Shown here: piece by piece, positions 47,431-57,528 of the stretch
How positions within the stretch are numbered: the first letter of the stretch is position 1
Layout: each line of letters opens with the position of its first letter
DNA from: a virus
Lineage: Duplodnaviria; Caudoviricetes
Length of the DNA stretch: 64,000 bases
Direction: 5' to 3' (one strand)
IMG/VR virus record: IMGVR_UViG_3300028048_000038
Location: 32,001-96,000 of that record
Notes under the pieces: generated by a model
What the model saw: the letters and a program-made list of their open reading frames with translations, nothing else
Databases searched by the model: none
What the model was told of the DNA's origin: nothing
Translations under genes and position numbers: made by a program

Positions 47431-47834
47431 TTCTTATGATTTACATATCTAACGATTTCAATTGGAGCACTTGTCTCAATGACATCACCCCAATCGTGCT
47501 TATGTATCTCGTTACTACCCTTGCTTGACCTCATATAGATTGGTCTGTTATGGGTAATGGTATACTCCTTCACATTGTTTTCAGAGTAATACACACGGTA
47601 TGTCATTTCATACTCACCATAGGGATAGTCTTTCTCGTCTTTGTATTGGACGAGTTTTACCATTCCAACCACGATTAGGACAGCTACCAAGAGTACAGTG
47701 ATAATAGCACCCCAATCAGAATTAAACCACCACTTGATTGGTCGTATTGTATAGTTCCACACTATTTTACCCAAGCTTTTTGATTTATCATTCTTCATGA
47801 TATTCTCAATATTATTACATGTTGTTTCTTCCAT
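47427..47834 (-). CDS. hypothetical single-pass membrane protein
   Basis: AIITVLLVAVLIVVGMV TM segment. Confidence 0.7.
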   Translation of the reverse strand: MEETTCNNIENIMKNDKSKSLGKIVWNYTIRPIKWWFNSDWGAIITVLLVAVLIVVGMVKLVQYKDEKDYPYGEYEMTYRVYYSENNVKEYTITHNRPIYMRSSKGSNEIHKHDWGDVIETSAPIEIVRYVNHKK

Positions 47835-48080
47835 GTTTATCCTAAGTTATATTTAATTCTATATTCGTAATCAAGTATCATGCTATCATTCTGAGCAAGT
47901 TGCTTATCAATCTCAGCCACTTCCTTATTACTTGAGCAGTTGGTTCTTTTCACCTTGAGCACACCGCTATTATACTTCAGTTTAGCGATGGCTTCTCTTA
48001 ATACACTTTCTTTCGCCATAATGCAAATATATGAAAAAAACTCGTAAATACCAAATTTTTTCTTGATAAATCACGAGTTT

Positions 48081-48440
48081 TTATAATTTATTAATGTTTT
48101 CAGTTAACAAATAGAACTTATTATTGACCTCGGATATACCTCTTTCAACATTTGGTATTCGAGCATCAATAACCTCTTTAAGTTTCATATTGAGGTCTTG
48201 AAGCTGCTTATTCTCATTGAATAGCTGAGTATTGTCCTCTAGCAGTTTCTTAACGTCAATGTCTCCATATCCACGATTCTTATTGCCCTTGAATTGTCTA
48301 TTCCAAGCTTCAACTGATTCTAGTTCTTGCTTAAGGATATAGCCAACTTCTAGGATAAGACGTTTGGTATTGGAATCAGCACCAGCGTTAAGTTCCGCTA
48401 GAATGTCAATACATCTTCTTAAATCTTTTTCACTAATCAT
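48081..48440 (-). CDS. hypothetical coiled-coil protein
   Basis: Heptad L/E/N run. Confidence 0.7.
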   Translation of the reverse strand: MISEKDLRRCIDILAELNAGADSNTKRLILEVGYILKQELESVEAWNRQFKGNKNRGYGDIDVKKLLEDNTQLFNENKQLQDLNMKLKEVIDARIPNVERGISEVNNKFYLLTENINKL

Positions 48441-48616
48441 TGTTATTCTCTATATATTCCCATGAGGGTTAAACGTTCTCTTTCAACTCTATAATAAGCC
48501 AACTGTTCCTCAGTGACACCTTTAAGCCACTCTTCACAGTATCTCCCATATTTGTTTCTGACATATGGGTCGCTCATAAAACGCCATCTAAGGTATTTCT
48601 CCATAGGTTATTCTTA

Positions 48617-49138
48617 TTAATCACCATAATTATCCCAATCCTCTCTATAGTTTGGATTGTACACTGGTTTATTCTTCTTCACGCAAACTTGTTTCAATAG
48701 ATTTTTGAAAGACTCTGTGATTGGTTTAATCACTTGGCCATAGTATTTGTTATCTGGCGTGATGATTCTCTTGACGATTTCTCCAGTGGTGGTATCAATC
48801 ATTGCGAGATTTTCCTCATCCCACACATAACTATACTCTTTAAGAATCTTGATTGCTTCTGCTTTTTCAGATGGTGAACACAATTTAATCCAATAATCTT
48901 CTTTCTCAGTATCAATGGTTTCACCACATCGTCTATCCTTTGTAGCCACATCGAGATATGGAACATGGTCATATCCAATTGAGGTCTGCATATATTTCTC
49001 TGGGTCATATGCACACACCAATGACAGTTTCTTAACGCACGTATCTGATATATTGTTGCCCTCATATATCATAAATGTGCCTTTCCTATTATCTCTCTTG
49101 ATAAAGTCACCCTTATTAAAAGTTTTCTTTTCTTCCAT
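48617..49138 (-). CDS. hypothetical protein
   Basis: Coupled to the nadD-like gene. Confidence 0.7.
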   Translation of the reverse strand: MEEKKTFNKGDFIKRDNRKGTFMIYEGNNISDTCVKKLSLVCAYDPEKYMQTSIGYDHVPYLDVATKDRRCGETIDTEKEDYWIKLCSPSEKAEAIKILKEYSYVWDEENLAMIDTTTGEIVKRIITPDNKYYGQVIKPITESFKNLLKQVCVKKNKPVYNPNYREDWDNYGD

Positions 49139-49139
49139 T

Positions 49140-49751
49140 TTATATATACAAATTATTGTCTGAGATTATTTTACTAACCCCTTCAGTTACATAGGGGTAT
49201 GGATTCATGCCCTTTGACAGTATGTTTCTAACCATAGTTGATGAAACGTCCATCTTCTGTATCTCTAGTGTCGTTACTTGCATGGCAGTACAAACAGCCA
49301 CACAGCCTACCTTGCATGGTATTGGCTCGTTAGCTATCGTGCTATCAAACCCTCTTAAAACCTCGATATAGGTAATCTTGTCCTTGATATGGGTTTCAAA
49401 GTTCTTCCAATGAGGAATACGGTCAATGGTGTCAGTACCAGCAATGAGGATTATCTCGTCATTTGGATATGCTTCAATAGCCTCAGTTATAGGAATATAT
49501 GAATAAACTGGAGCTTCATGCTTCTCTTCAAACCTACACACCTCACAAGTTCCCCCTAATGGTCTGATGGCTTCCTCAATCATCTGACATCTTAACTCGA
49601 ATGGAGCTGGAGCCTCTTTCTTCCAAGGGTTGTGTTTTGCCACCACAAATAGAACCTTATCACAAAGACCACTTGCTATTACGTTTGATGCCATTGCGAC
49701 ATGAGCGATTGTAATGGGGTTAAAAGAGCCAAGTAATAATCCTATTTTCAT
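49140..49751 (-). CDS. nadD: nicotinate/nicotinamide-nucleotide adenylyltransferase
   Basis: KIGLLLGSFNPITIAH, NPWK, R..M, IAGTD, W, VSSTMVR motifs. Confidence 0.85.
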   Translation of the reverse strand: MKIGLLLGSFNPITIAHVAMASNVIASGLCDKVLFVVAKHNPWKKEAPAPFELRCQMIEEAIRPLGGTCEVCRFEEKHEAPVYSYIPITEAIEAYPNDEIILIAGTDTIDRIPHWKNFETHIKDKITYIEVLRGFDSTIANEPIPCKVGCVAVCTAMQVTTLEIQKMDVSSTMVRNILSKGMNPYPYVTEGVSKIISDNNLYI

Positions 49752-49823
49752 TGTTAATATCTCTATTTATTCTTTTGCAAAGATATGAAAAAAAATTGGT
49801 TCAACCAAAAAAATTATTCATTT

Positions 49824-50060
49824 TTAACATTTTTCCATGAACGAGTACCACCTATCATCTATTTTAGCCCAAAATTTAGTCCCTTCAAGTGTATTCGTCC
49901 ATAGGAATCCCAGTCCAGGACAAGGAAACCTTTTTAGGATATCTAACAATGGCATGTCCTTACATTCAGGATGGTGTTTCTTTACATTACCCACGAATTG
50001 CTGTAGGCATAGATTCTTCTTCAAGAACTTGTAGAAATACTTGTGTGTATTATCTGCCAT
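49824..50060 (-). CDS. KFL...F.W..T..G..FW paralog family member
   Basis: FYKFLKK...FLWTNTLEGTKFW. Confidence 0.7.
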   Translation of the reverse strand: MADNTHKYFYKFLKKNLCLQQFVGNVKKHHPECKDMPLLDILKRFPCPGLGFLWTNTLEGTKFWAKIDDRWYSFMEKC

Positions 50061-50316
50061 ATTTATGCTGTTCTAAATATTTGCGCCATTTAAATTGCAA
50101 GTGATTCCAAAATTCTGGTCCTTCCTCAGTCCTTGACCAACTAAAAGCATATGTAATACTATCGTGGTACTCCAATAATTCCAAGAATTCTTTTATCCTT
50201 TCTTTCGTCACATCAACTTGTCTATATTTGCAGACGTTGACCATGAAATTCTGAAAGACTCCTTGTTCCTTCAAGAACTTATATAATAATACTCCCCTAT
50301 GTCGGTTTATTATCAT
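50050..50316 (-). CDS. KFL...F.W..T..G..FW paralog family member
   Basis: LYKFLKEQG...AFSWSRTEEGPEFW. Confidence 0.75.
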   Translation of the reverse strand: MIINRHRGVLLYKFLKEQGVFQNFMVNVCKYRQVDVTKERIKEFLELLEYHDSITYAFSWSRTEEGPEFWNHLQFKWRKYLEQHKYGR

Positions 50317-50365
50317 AGCTCATAAACGATTATGGGCTAGCACATTAGCTAGCCCAATATCTCAA

Positions 50366-50734
50366 TTAATCCTCATCACAAATCTTAGCGAGTTTATCAT
50401 CAAACTCTTTCAAGATAAGTGGGTAATAGCTATCATAGTAATATTGGATATCATCCAAGTCATAGTCCTTAGACATCTGGCGATAGATGGACTTAGCCTC
50501 TATAATCATTATCTTCTGAACATGAACCTCTGGAACCTTTCCATCACACCAATCCTCTGCTTTCTTGTTGAATTGGCTGACATATCCAAGATACTCGGCA
50601 AAGATGATAAACAAAGGCGTAGGAATATCACTTATAATATGTTCCATCTTATCGCCATACTTCTCCATTTCTTTGATGTTACCCTCCCACTTCTCTTCTG
50701 TAGGAGTTTCAACTTTTGTCTCTTTAGTATTCAT
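50366..50734 (-). CDS. hypothetical protein (start MNTKE)
   Basis: Followed by hairpin 50332-50355. Confidence 0.65.
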   Translation of the reverse strand: MNTKETKVETPTEEKWEGNIKEMEKYGDKMEHIISDIPTPLFIIFAEYLGYVSQFNKKAEDWCDGKVPEVHVQKIMIIEAKSIYRQMSKDYDLDDIQYYYDSYYPLILKEFDDKLAKICDED

Positions 50735-50821
50735 TATTTTAGATAATTTAATGTTCAACCGTAATACACCTCTGGACACACAGTCTCTTTCACCTCTGCT
50801 ATAGGTTGTTCTTCTCTTGCA

Positions 50822-51295
50822 TCACTTGAAAAAACTGTTGATGCCGTGATAAACTCGTTCTCTTTTTGGTTCATCTTCTAATTTCTTTTCTTCTATAGTT
50901 ATTTTAAAATTTCTTTTGCACTTCTTTACCATTCCCTTATACTGAGGGTTATCTCTTTTTCTCTGTGGGTAAAACCCACCTCTATTATATCCACCATATA
51001 CATTGGTGTCAGCATTATCTTCCCAAGATATCACATTATTTTTGGTAGTGCCATGATATGTGTCATTATAATCATAGTTTCCATAATAATCTGGAAAGAA
51101 TGCATTAAATTCATCAGGGTTTATACCCTTCCTCTTAAGGTATTCTCTGTCATTCTCATCGAAGAACTTGAATGCTCCCCAAATAAGGATGCCTATAGGA
51201 AGAATGATGTATGCCCAATGCTCATTCGCTATCATGTCAATCATGGCAAAGAAAGCAAGGGACATCATACAAACTACAAAGTTATTATATAGCAT
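50822..51295 (-). CDS. hypothetical membrane protein
   Basis: Two N-terminal hydrophobic segments; promoter 51310. Confidence 0.7.
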   Translation of the reverse strand: MLYNNFVVCMMSLAFFAMIDMIANEHWAYIILPIGILIWGAFKFFDENDREYLKRKGINPDEFNAFFPDYYGNYDYNDTYHGTTKNNVISWEDNADTNVYGGYNRGGFYPQRKRDNPQYKGMVKKCKRNFKITIEEKKLEDEPKRERVYHGINSFFK

Positions 51296-51362
51296 GTTTT
51301 CTTTTTTTGTGCAAATATATCAATTTTTTTTGAGAAAACTAAATTTTGCACCTTAAAAAAAG

Positions 51363-51626
51363 TTAAAACTTTCTTTTGTTCACAATAAACCTAGAGAGAA
51401 TGCATGTTTTATGCATCTTCTTCTCGGCTGTATCGGTACTACTGTCAACCCTCTTGAAACGAATGTAATCACCTTCCATACCAAGAATCATGATATCCAT
51501 TCTATCCAAGGTAATCACTGGAGGAATATGATAAACATTATTCACCTTAAGATTGGATGGGTGAATATGTGCCTTTATCTTCTTAAGTTCCTCTTTACAA
51601 TTCTCTATTGTACGTTTTTCTGCCAT
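51363..51626 (-). CDS. hypothetical protein
   Basis: VYHIPP segment resembles VYVIPK in the upstream gene. Confidence 0.65.
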   Translation of the reverse strand: MAEKRTIENCKEELKKIKAHIHPSNLKVNNVYHIPPVITLDRMDIMILGMEGDYIRFKRVDSSTDTAEKKMHKTCILSRFIVNKRKF

Positions 51627-51631
51627 ATTAT

Positions 51632-52408
51632 TTAAAATTCTCTAAGTTCTGTGATAAATACCGCATCAAGGTCTGATGGATATATGTTGCAATTATAGGT
51701 ATACTCATTTCCAGTTGTCTCGCTAATCTCATGACACACGCAAACGGCACTTGTCTTATTATATACCTTTACAATCTTTCTTGATTGAGACATTATCTTT
51801 GGAATGACATATACTTTACCCTCTTCTATATCATCCCATTTAAGATGCTTTGGAAGTTCTTTCATCAATGTTCTCTTTTCGCTGTACGTAAGAGACTCAA
51901 TTGGTTTCTTCCTCAAATCTTCCAATATCTCTTTCTCTGAAACAATTGGCTTTGGTGGAAGTGAGGGGAGCGATGGAGTCTTCTTTGGTGTCAAACTTTT
52001 TATTTCCCTCTCATTATCTAGGTTGATTTCTCCAACAACATATTTTGGTTCTTCTTTCTTTTTTAATGGACACCAAGTTGGTCTAACAATGTCTTGCGTC
52101 TCAGAAAGATTATAATCAATCCTCCTAGGTCGTGAACAGTTCCACGTCTCATATGTACATGCACGACAAGCTGCATCAAAACGACCCTCTTCACGGTGTT
52201 CAAATGACTTCTCTAAGTTGGCACAGAGATTACATAAATTACTACTCATTACACTTTCTCTTTTATTTGGTTGTTTCTTATCCAAGAACAAATCCTCATC
52301 GAATATACAAGTCTCACAATCCTTGCAATCCTTTCCTCGACATGGATGTCCCTCTTGTCCAAATTCAGTCATAATATATACTTGTTTAAAATTCTCAACT
52401 AATCCCAC
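51632..52408 (-). CDS. Cys-rich hypothetical protein (start uncertain)
   Basis: CRGKDCKDCETC, CNLC, PTWCPL. Confidence 0.7.
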   Translation of the reverse strand: MGLVENFKQVYIMTEFGQEGHPCRGKDCKDCETCIFDEDLFLDKKQPNKRESVMSSNLCNLCANLEKSFEHREEGRFDAACRACTYETWNCSRPRRIDYNLSETQDIVRPTWCPLKKKEEPKYVVGEINLDNEREIKSLTPKKTPSLPSLPPKPIVSEKEILEDLRKKPIESLTYSEKRTLMKELPKHLKWDDIEEGKVYVIPKIMSQSRKIVKVYNKTSAVCVCHEISETTGNEYTYNCNIYPSDLDAVFITELREF

Positions 52409-53121
52409 AAATTCTCAAAGTCATCGTCATCCTCATAGAACATTTGAGGCGTAATTGGTGGGTTATATTCCATACCATGCTCTGGTATTTCTTCCCAATC
52501 TCTTTTCTGACTCATGCATTCATGAAGCCACATTTGGAATGCCTCTTCCTCTTCCTTGGTTGGCATTCTATAATCGCCTCTGCGTCTTCTTTCAAACATG
52601 CCTGAAGGTGGCATCAATCTGCCAAACTTCTCCATCATTTCCAATTGCTTTGGATTCACGCCCTCTTTTGTCTTATCCTCAAACTTATCACCGAATAAGT
52701 TTCTACAAATTTCATTAAATGTAGCCTCTCCAATTTTCTCAAGGATGCTGAAGTCATTCATGATTGAGTATTCAATGCAAGAGTGAATCAACCCATTAAC
52801 CATGTTCATCAATGACATTTGGCAATTGCCGTCATTCTTTATGCTTAACTTGCCACCATTCATTTTGCGCATGATAGTAAGAATATCATCCAATGAATTG
52901 GCATTCATGTAATGTGAACCCATTTCACCAAGTTTACATATAGCATTATAGTTTGTCAATGCCCTTGAAGCTATTACGTGGAACAAGTCTTTTCGCCTAT
53001 TTCTTAATCCAACACTACATCTAAATCTATGATATAGATGATGCTCCTTAACATGCTTCAAGAATGTTCTGAGTATCATTAACTCTAACTCATAATCCTT
53101 ATTAAATTTCCTCATCTGCAA
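52399..53121 (-). CDS. hypothetical protein, N-terminus like the KFL family
   Basis: ILRTFLKHVKE. Confidence 0.7.
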   Translation of the reverse strand: MQMRKFNKDYELELMILRTFLKHVKEHHLYHRFRCSVGLRNRRKDLFHVIASRALTNYNAICKLGEMGSHYMNANSLDDILTIMRKMNGGKLSIKNDGNCQMSLMNMVNGLIHSCIEYSIMNDFSILEKIGEATFNEICRNLFGDKFEDKTKEGVNPKQLEMMEKFGRLMPPSGMFERRRRGDYRMPTKEEEEAFQMWLHECMSQKRDWEEIPEHGMEYNPPITPQMFYEDDDDFENLWD

Positions 53122-53432
53122 ATATATAGCGTTTTTAGTTTAGAAACAAATTTCTAGGGTTAATTAAAGTTAACCAATCCTAAAATTGTCTTTATCATCA
53201 AATTTGTGACAGTTTGGACAGAATAAAAACGGTTTCCAATTGGTTCTGTCTGAAGTCACAGAAAGAGCCTTCCAAGGGTAGAACTCATGCCCACAATCCT
53301 TACACCTTAACAGAAATTTCTTATCAAAACTATTCATACTTTGTCTAATTAACAAACAATGGTATACTAATCATCAATAGGAATGCTACTAGAATCCACA
53401 CTAAGATAAACAGTATTTTACTAGTTGAAAAA

Positions 53433-54137
53433 TCATTCTCCATCTTCTATTTCAATATATAACGGTTTATAAACCATTTCATAATTCTCATTCAACAAAG
53501 ACACACAATAAACAGCAGTATCATTATGCATTGTCTTTTCATGGTTGCAAGAATGTAAATGCCCGAATAGGTGGAGAGTTGGATTGGCTGCATCCAATAG
53601 TTTTCTCAATGATTCATTCCCTATATGACTACCATCAGCCCACCAACAGTCCTTTTGCAATAATACGTCACTCACACCGTATGGTGCATCATGAGACATC
53701 AATATATCAACATTACCTATTATATCAAGGTATCTTGCATATCTTTTGTCTTGTTCTTCGTATGACTCCATGAATGCCCATCTTCCGAATGGTTTGCACC
53801 AAGGAGTGCCGAATATGGTTTTACCCTTATATTCAAAAGTTTCACAGTCTAAGTAAGTAATTTTGTCTTGACCTTTCAACATTAAGCGTATTCTGTCTGG
53901 GTGACGCATCATTAGCCAGTCATGATTTCCTGCAATAAATAATACCTTTTCACAAGGTAGATTAGTACACCAAGGTATGAACACGTCTTTCAACCAATCC
54001 TCACTTGGGTCTGTGAAGTTCTGTATCTTAAGTGGTAGTATGTCACCACATATTAACACAATGTCGCATGGCTCAACCTTGAAATCTAGTTGCCCATGCA
54101 TATCTGAAAATGCGCATATTCTCATTTCAATCTCCAA
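53433..54137 (-). CDS. calcineurin-like metallophosphoesterase
   Basis: SDMHG, CGD, GNHD, SHDAP, FGHLH motifs. Confidence 0.9.
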   Translation of the reverse strand: MEIEMRICAFSDMHGQLDFKVEPCDIVLICGDILPLKIQNFTDPSEDWLKDVFIPWCTNLPCEKVLFIAGNHDWLMMRHPDRIRLMLKGQDKITYLDCETFEYKGKTIFGTPWCKPFGRWAFMESYEEQDKRYARYLDIIGNVDILMSHDAPYGVSDVLLQKDCWWADGSHIGNESLRKLLDAANPTLHLFGHLHSCNHEKTMHNDTAVYCVSLLNENYEMVYKPLYIEIEDGE

Positions 54138-54183
54138 TTATTTCATCTTCAAGAACTTATATAATAATCTATATGCCTCTTTT

Positions 54184-54540
54184 TTACTTATCATTCTTCA
54201 AAAAAGTTCGTATATATGGATAACCTATCGCCTTCCACCACCCATCTCTAAGCTTGCCCCAATATCCATCTCTATTGGCTACATGATATATCCTAGCATT
54301 TTCCCAACTAAATATTCTATCAGCATAGAACAGACAATCATCTAGGTAGCAAGTATCCACCATATTATTTAAAACTTCCTCTACAGTATTAAAATGATGG
54401 GATAACATGCATTCACTCACCATTTCCTTGAAACAACCTTCTCGTTTCAAGAACTTAACAATAAATGCTTTTGCCTCTTTCCTTGTTATCGTCCCATTAT
54501 CCTTTAATCTTTCAAACGGATACCTTATATTTTTATTCAT
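54184..54540 (-). CDS. KFL...F.W paralog family member
   Basis: VKFLKREG...IFSWENA...GYWGKL..GW. Confidence 0.75.
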   Translation of the reverse strand: MNKNIRYPFERLKDNGTITRKEAKAFIVKFLKREGCFKEMVSECMLSHHFNTVEEVLNNMVDTCYLDDCLFYADRIFSWENARIYHVANRDGYWGKLRDGWWKAIGYPYIRTFLKNDK

Positions 54541-54932
54541 AGTTTAAAACCTTTGTTGGTATTAATAATGCGATACCAAATTATATCTATGTCTGTCCAT
54601 AATCTAGTATTCTTTGTAACATATAAGTAAAAAGAAATACGGATATCATAGAAGAAATCCCTAAATAGCATTTTTTCACTTTCGTCTAATATATCATCAA
54701 CCCTTTCGTCTAATATACCATCAACCCTATACTCGATGCATTTCTTAACTGACATCCTATCTCTTTTAATTATAACATGTGGATGTATTTTCATAAATGT
54801 TTCCATATATTCACTAAGTATATTATTCTTTTTCAGAAAATCATATACTATGGAAATCATTATCTTTTTCTTCTTCGGCTTTCTCATGCCCTTCAAACAA
54901 GGGTATGAATAGTTTTCAAAATCAGCTAGCAT
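54537..54932 (-). CDS. KFL paralog family member
   Basis: VYDFLKKNN...T.NTRLW.DI..IW. Confidence 0.7.
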   Translation of the reverse strand: MLADFENYSYPCLKGMRKPKKKKIMISIVYDFLKKNNILSEYMETFMKIHPHVIIKRDRMSVKKCIEYRVDGILDERVDDILDESEKMLFRDFFYDIRISFYLYVTKNTRLWTDIDIIWYRIINTNKGFKL

Positions 54933-54981
54933 ACATATGCAAATATATTAAAAATAATTTTAAAAAACAAATTTTTCCAAA

Positions 54982-55356
54982 CTAAATCCTATTGTGGATG
55001 ACTTTAGTGCGTGCTAACTGTAAGCTAGTAAAGTCACACCATTTTTTAAATATGCCATGCCAAAAAGTGATTTTTCTTTCCCTATCTCCGCTTGGATATG
55101 ATGCACTAGTCCAATCAAACGTGCAATCAACTCTCAATAGAACATCCATGCATGTTTGAGCATTTGAACCCATGCGAGTTAGTATCTCTTTAGGCATATC
55201 TATATCCGTAGTGCGTTTGACCTCATCAACAACTGTAGTCCAAAGACCAATCTCGCATAGAAACTTATAGACAAGTTTTTCTACAGCCTCTTGAGGTATC
55301 GCTATATCTCTTGCATATCTCTTTAGCAATAAATCTCTGTAATCTTTTGCTTTCAT
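54982..55356 (-). CDS. KFL...F.W paralog family member
   Basis: VYKFLCEIG...TFDWTSA...FWHGIFKKW. Confidence 0.75.
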   Translation of the reverse strand: MKAKDYRDLLLKRYARDIAIPQEAVEKLVYKFLCEIGLWTTVVDEVKRTTDIDMPKEILTRMGSNAQTCMDVLLRVDCTFDWTSASYPSGDRERKITFWHGIFKKWCDFTSLQLARTKVIHNRI

Positions 55357-55727
55357 GGCGTTTTTCTCACATATATATCATGGTCTATTATTATATTCCA
55401 TTCCAAATGGATTAGATACCAATTAATGTTGGATTTTGGAATCCACCAGTTTATAGACACATAATCATAGTTGAAAAAATGATGTAGTGGTAACTTGTTA
55501 TTTATCAAATTTATTAGACATTTGTATAATATCTCATTGGTACTCAACTTATCTACCACTGTGTGGTCAAATCCATTGCATTGTGTATAATACTTGTAGC
55601 ACCGTATAAACTCATTTAAAGCTTTTTTTTCCAACAAAAACCTACCTAGCAAGTATTTTGCCTTTTTAATGGATATTATATTAGGCTCATTCCATGTTGT
55701 ATCAATATAACGCTCTATTCGTATCAT
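55353..55727 (-). CDS. KFL paralog family member
   Basis: LGRFLLEKKA...INW...NW.LI..EW. Confidence 0.7.
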   Translation of the reverse strand: MIRIERYIDTTWNEPNIISIKKAKYLLGRFLLEKKALNEFIRCYKYYTQCNGFDHTVVDKLSTNEILYKCLINLINNKLPLHHFFNYDYVSINWWIPKSNINWYLIHLEWNIIIDHDIYVRKTP

Positions 55728-56013
55728 AATGCAAAGATATATAAAAAAAATGGAATTAACAACTATGCCAATTCCATTCTAACATTTTTTAACTCAAAAA
55801 TCCAAGTCAACATCAATCGTCTCATTCTCCAACCTTGTATCTTCCATTAGCTGATTATACAGCAACATGAGGTTTTCTTCAAGATGTTCATCATCTGATA
55901 CCGAAAGTGTCATTGAAAGTTCTTTCAAAACATCTTTTGCACCTTGAATATAAGCATTGCGTTTAATGTAATTGCTGCCAACTAGTGTAGATTTGCAGTA
56001 GTCTTCAGCTCTC

Positions 56014-56370
56014 TCAGTTATATTTTTCATTTAAACGAACTCTTCTATATTTTACTAATTTATCACGCCATTTCATACATAACTCCCTCCAAAACTGTTC
56101 TCCTCTCTCTGTATAACGCCAGTCGAATGCAGAATGATATGCTATTATAATATCATAAATTGGTAAATGATATTCCTTTAAATTCATAATTGAGGAAGTG
56201 AATATGCGCCTAGTATCCAAGAAAGGTGTCTTGTGATACTTTTTAAACTCATCAACAAAGTCCTTGTATGCCCCATTCTCTAGAAGGAATTTCCTAAAGA
56301 TGTATTCAAACTTGGGAATGGTTAAGTAACCATCCACTTCTTTTGATAATATATCTTCAATGTTAATCAT
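56014..56370 (-). CDS. KFL...F.W..T..G..FW paralog family member
   Basis: FRKFLLENGA...SAFDWRYTERGEQFW; close to 56738..57109. Confidence 0.8.
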   Translation of the reverse strand: MINIEDILSKEVDGYLTIPKFEYIFRKFLLENGAYKDFVDEFKKYHKTPFLDTRRIFTSSIMNLKEYHLPIYDIIIAYHSAFDWRYTERGEQFWRELCMKWRDKLVKYRRVRLNEKYN

Positions 56371-56378
56371 GCTTCAAA

Positions 56379-56741
56379 CTATATGTAAAATGTTTCATAA
56401 TACTTGCTCTCCCATTTATCGGATATAATCCCCCATTTGGTTATATTACCTAAATAATCACGATAATTATATGGGAAAGAAGATGGAATCCACCTGAAAA
56501 ACCCACGAATGGTATATCCATACATACCACTAGAATCGTAAGCATCGATGCTCTTCATCAAATGAGTTTTGAAGTCATCGTATTCGTCAAAGTTGATATA
56601 CCTAGTATCGTGGTCATCTTTCTTAAACTTCTTAAACTTCTTAGATGCTTCAAACCAATCCTTTTGTATTCTATTCTCAAGCATGAATTGATACAGCAAG
56701 AAAAAGAACTGTTTCTTATTAACTACTCTCGGTGCTTTCAT
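56379..56741 (-). CDS. KFL paralog family member
   Basis: LYQFMLEN...SSF...KW..IS.KW. Confidence 0.7.
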   Translation of the reverse strand: MKAPRVVNKKQFFFLLYQFMLENRIQKDWFEASKKFKKFKKDDHDTRYINFDEYDDFKTHLMKSIDAYDSSGMYGYTIRGFFRWIPSSFPYNYRDYLGNITKWGIISDKWESKYYETFYI

Positions 56742-57109
56742 TTTAGATAAAAATCCCCTAAAAAACGACTTTTAGTTACATCATACCACTTATCACTCAG
56801 CCTTGCCCAATACCCACGTCCTCTTCTAGTTCTCGACCAGTTGAATGCAGAACAATATGCTGTAATCATTTCATCAATGCTTCTTCCGCTTGATTTCAGA
56901 TTATCTATTGAAGAAAAGATAATATCCTTTGGATTTTCATTAACTAGGTTTTCTGAGCATATTACTTTGTGATAGCTAATAAATTCTTCAACAAACTCCA
57001 TATAAGCTCTATTTGCCAAAAGGAATTTGGTGAAAAGATATGCTAACTCTTCTTTAGAAATCATATAGTTATCAACCTCATGAGATAATATTCCTTCAAT
57101 GTCAATCAT
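56738..57109 (-). CDS. KFL...F.W..T..G..W paralog family member
   Basis: FTKFLLANRA...SAFNWSRTRRGRGYW. Confidence 0.8.
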   Translation of the reverse strand: MIDIEGILSHEVDNYMISKEELAYLFTKFLLANRAYMEFVEEFISYHKVICSENLVNENPKDIIFSSIDNLKSSGRSIDEMITAYCSAFNWSRTRRGRGYWARLSDKWYDVTKSRFLGDFYLK

Positions 57110-57420
57110 AAACCAACTTTAAAACGTATACCCTTTGTATACTCTTTCCATTCATTTGATAATTTATACCAAAAGCAATAACCTCTTCTTGTCTCTCTCC
57201 AAGTAAAGGAAGAATCAATACTCTCAAAGAAATCGCCTATTGACCAACAATCTCTAACAGCTTTTCTGATAGTAGATTTTAAATCACGCTTATAACGTTT
57301 ATGGTAGTCGCTATATTCTTCGCAAAATTCCTCAAGTAAGCATTTCTTCCTCAAGAACTTTATAACAAGATATACAACCTCTTTTCTTGTCAATTCGTTT
57401 TTGTCTAATATATCAAACAT
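57106..57420 (-). CDS. KFL...F.W..T..G..FW paralog family member (start MFDIL)
   Basis: IKFLRKK...SSFTWRETRRGYCFW; the longer ORF call runs into the tRNA. Confidence 0.75.
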   Translation of the reverse strand: MFDILDKNELTRKEVVYLVIKFLRKKCLLEEFCEEYSDYHKRYKRDLKSTIRKAVRDCWSIGDFFESIDSSFTWRETRRGYCFWYKLSNEWKEYTKGIRFKVGL

Positions 57421-57444
57421 TTTGCCTACATTAAAAAACCATAG

Positions 57445-57528
57445 AGACTGGGGTGGGATTCGAACCCACGTACCTTTACGGCCAAAGCTTTTGCAGAGCC
57501 AGGCGTTTGACCACTCCGCCACCCAGTC
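57445..57528 (-). tRNA. tRNA-Cys(GCA) with atypical long variable arm
   Basis: GACTGGG/CCCAGTC acceptor, U73, loop CTGCAAA, 15-nt variable region, GTGGG-TTCGAAT-CCCAC. Confidence 0.85.

Noticed and set aside
57421-57522. N-terminal extension of ORF 57106..57522
   Set aside because: It is a translation of the tRNA-Cys gene; the real start is ATG at 57420
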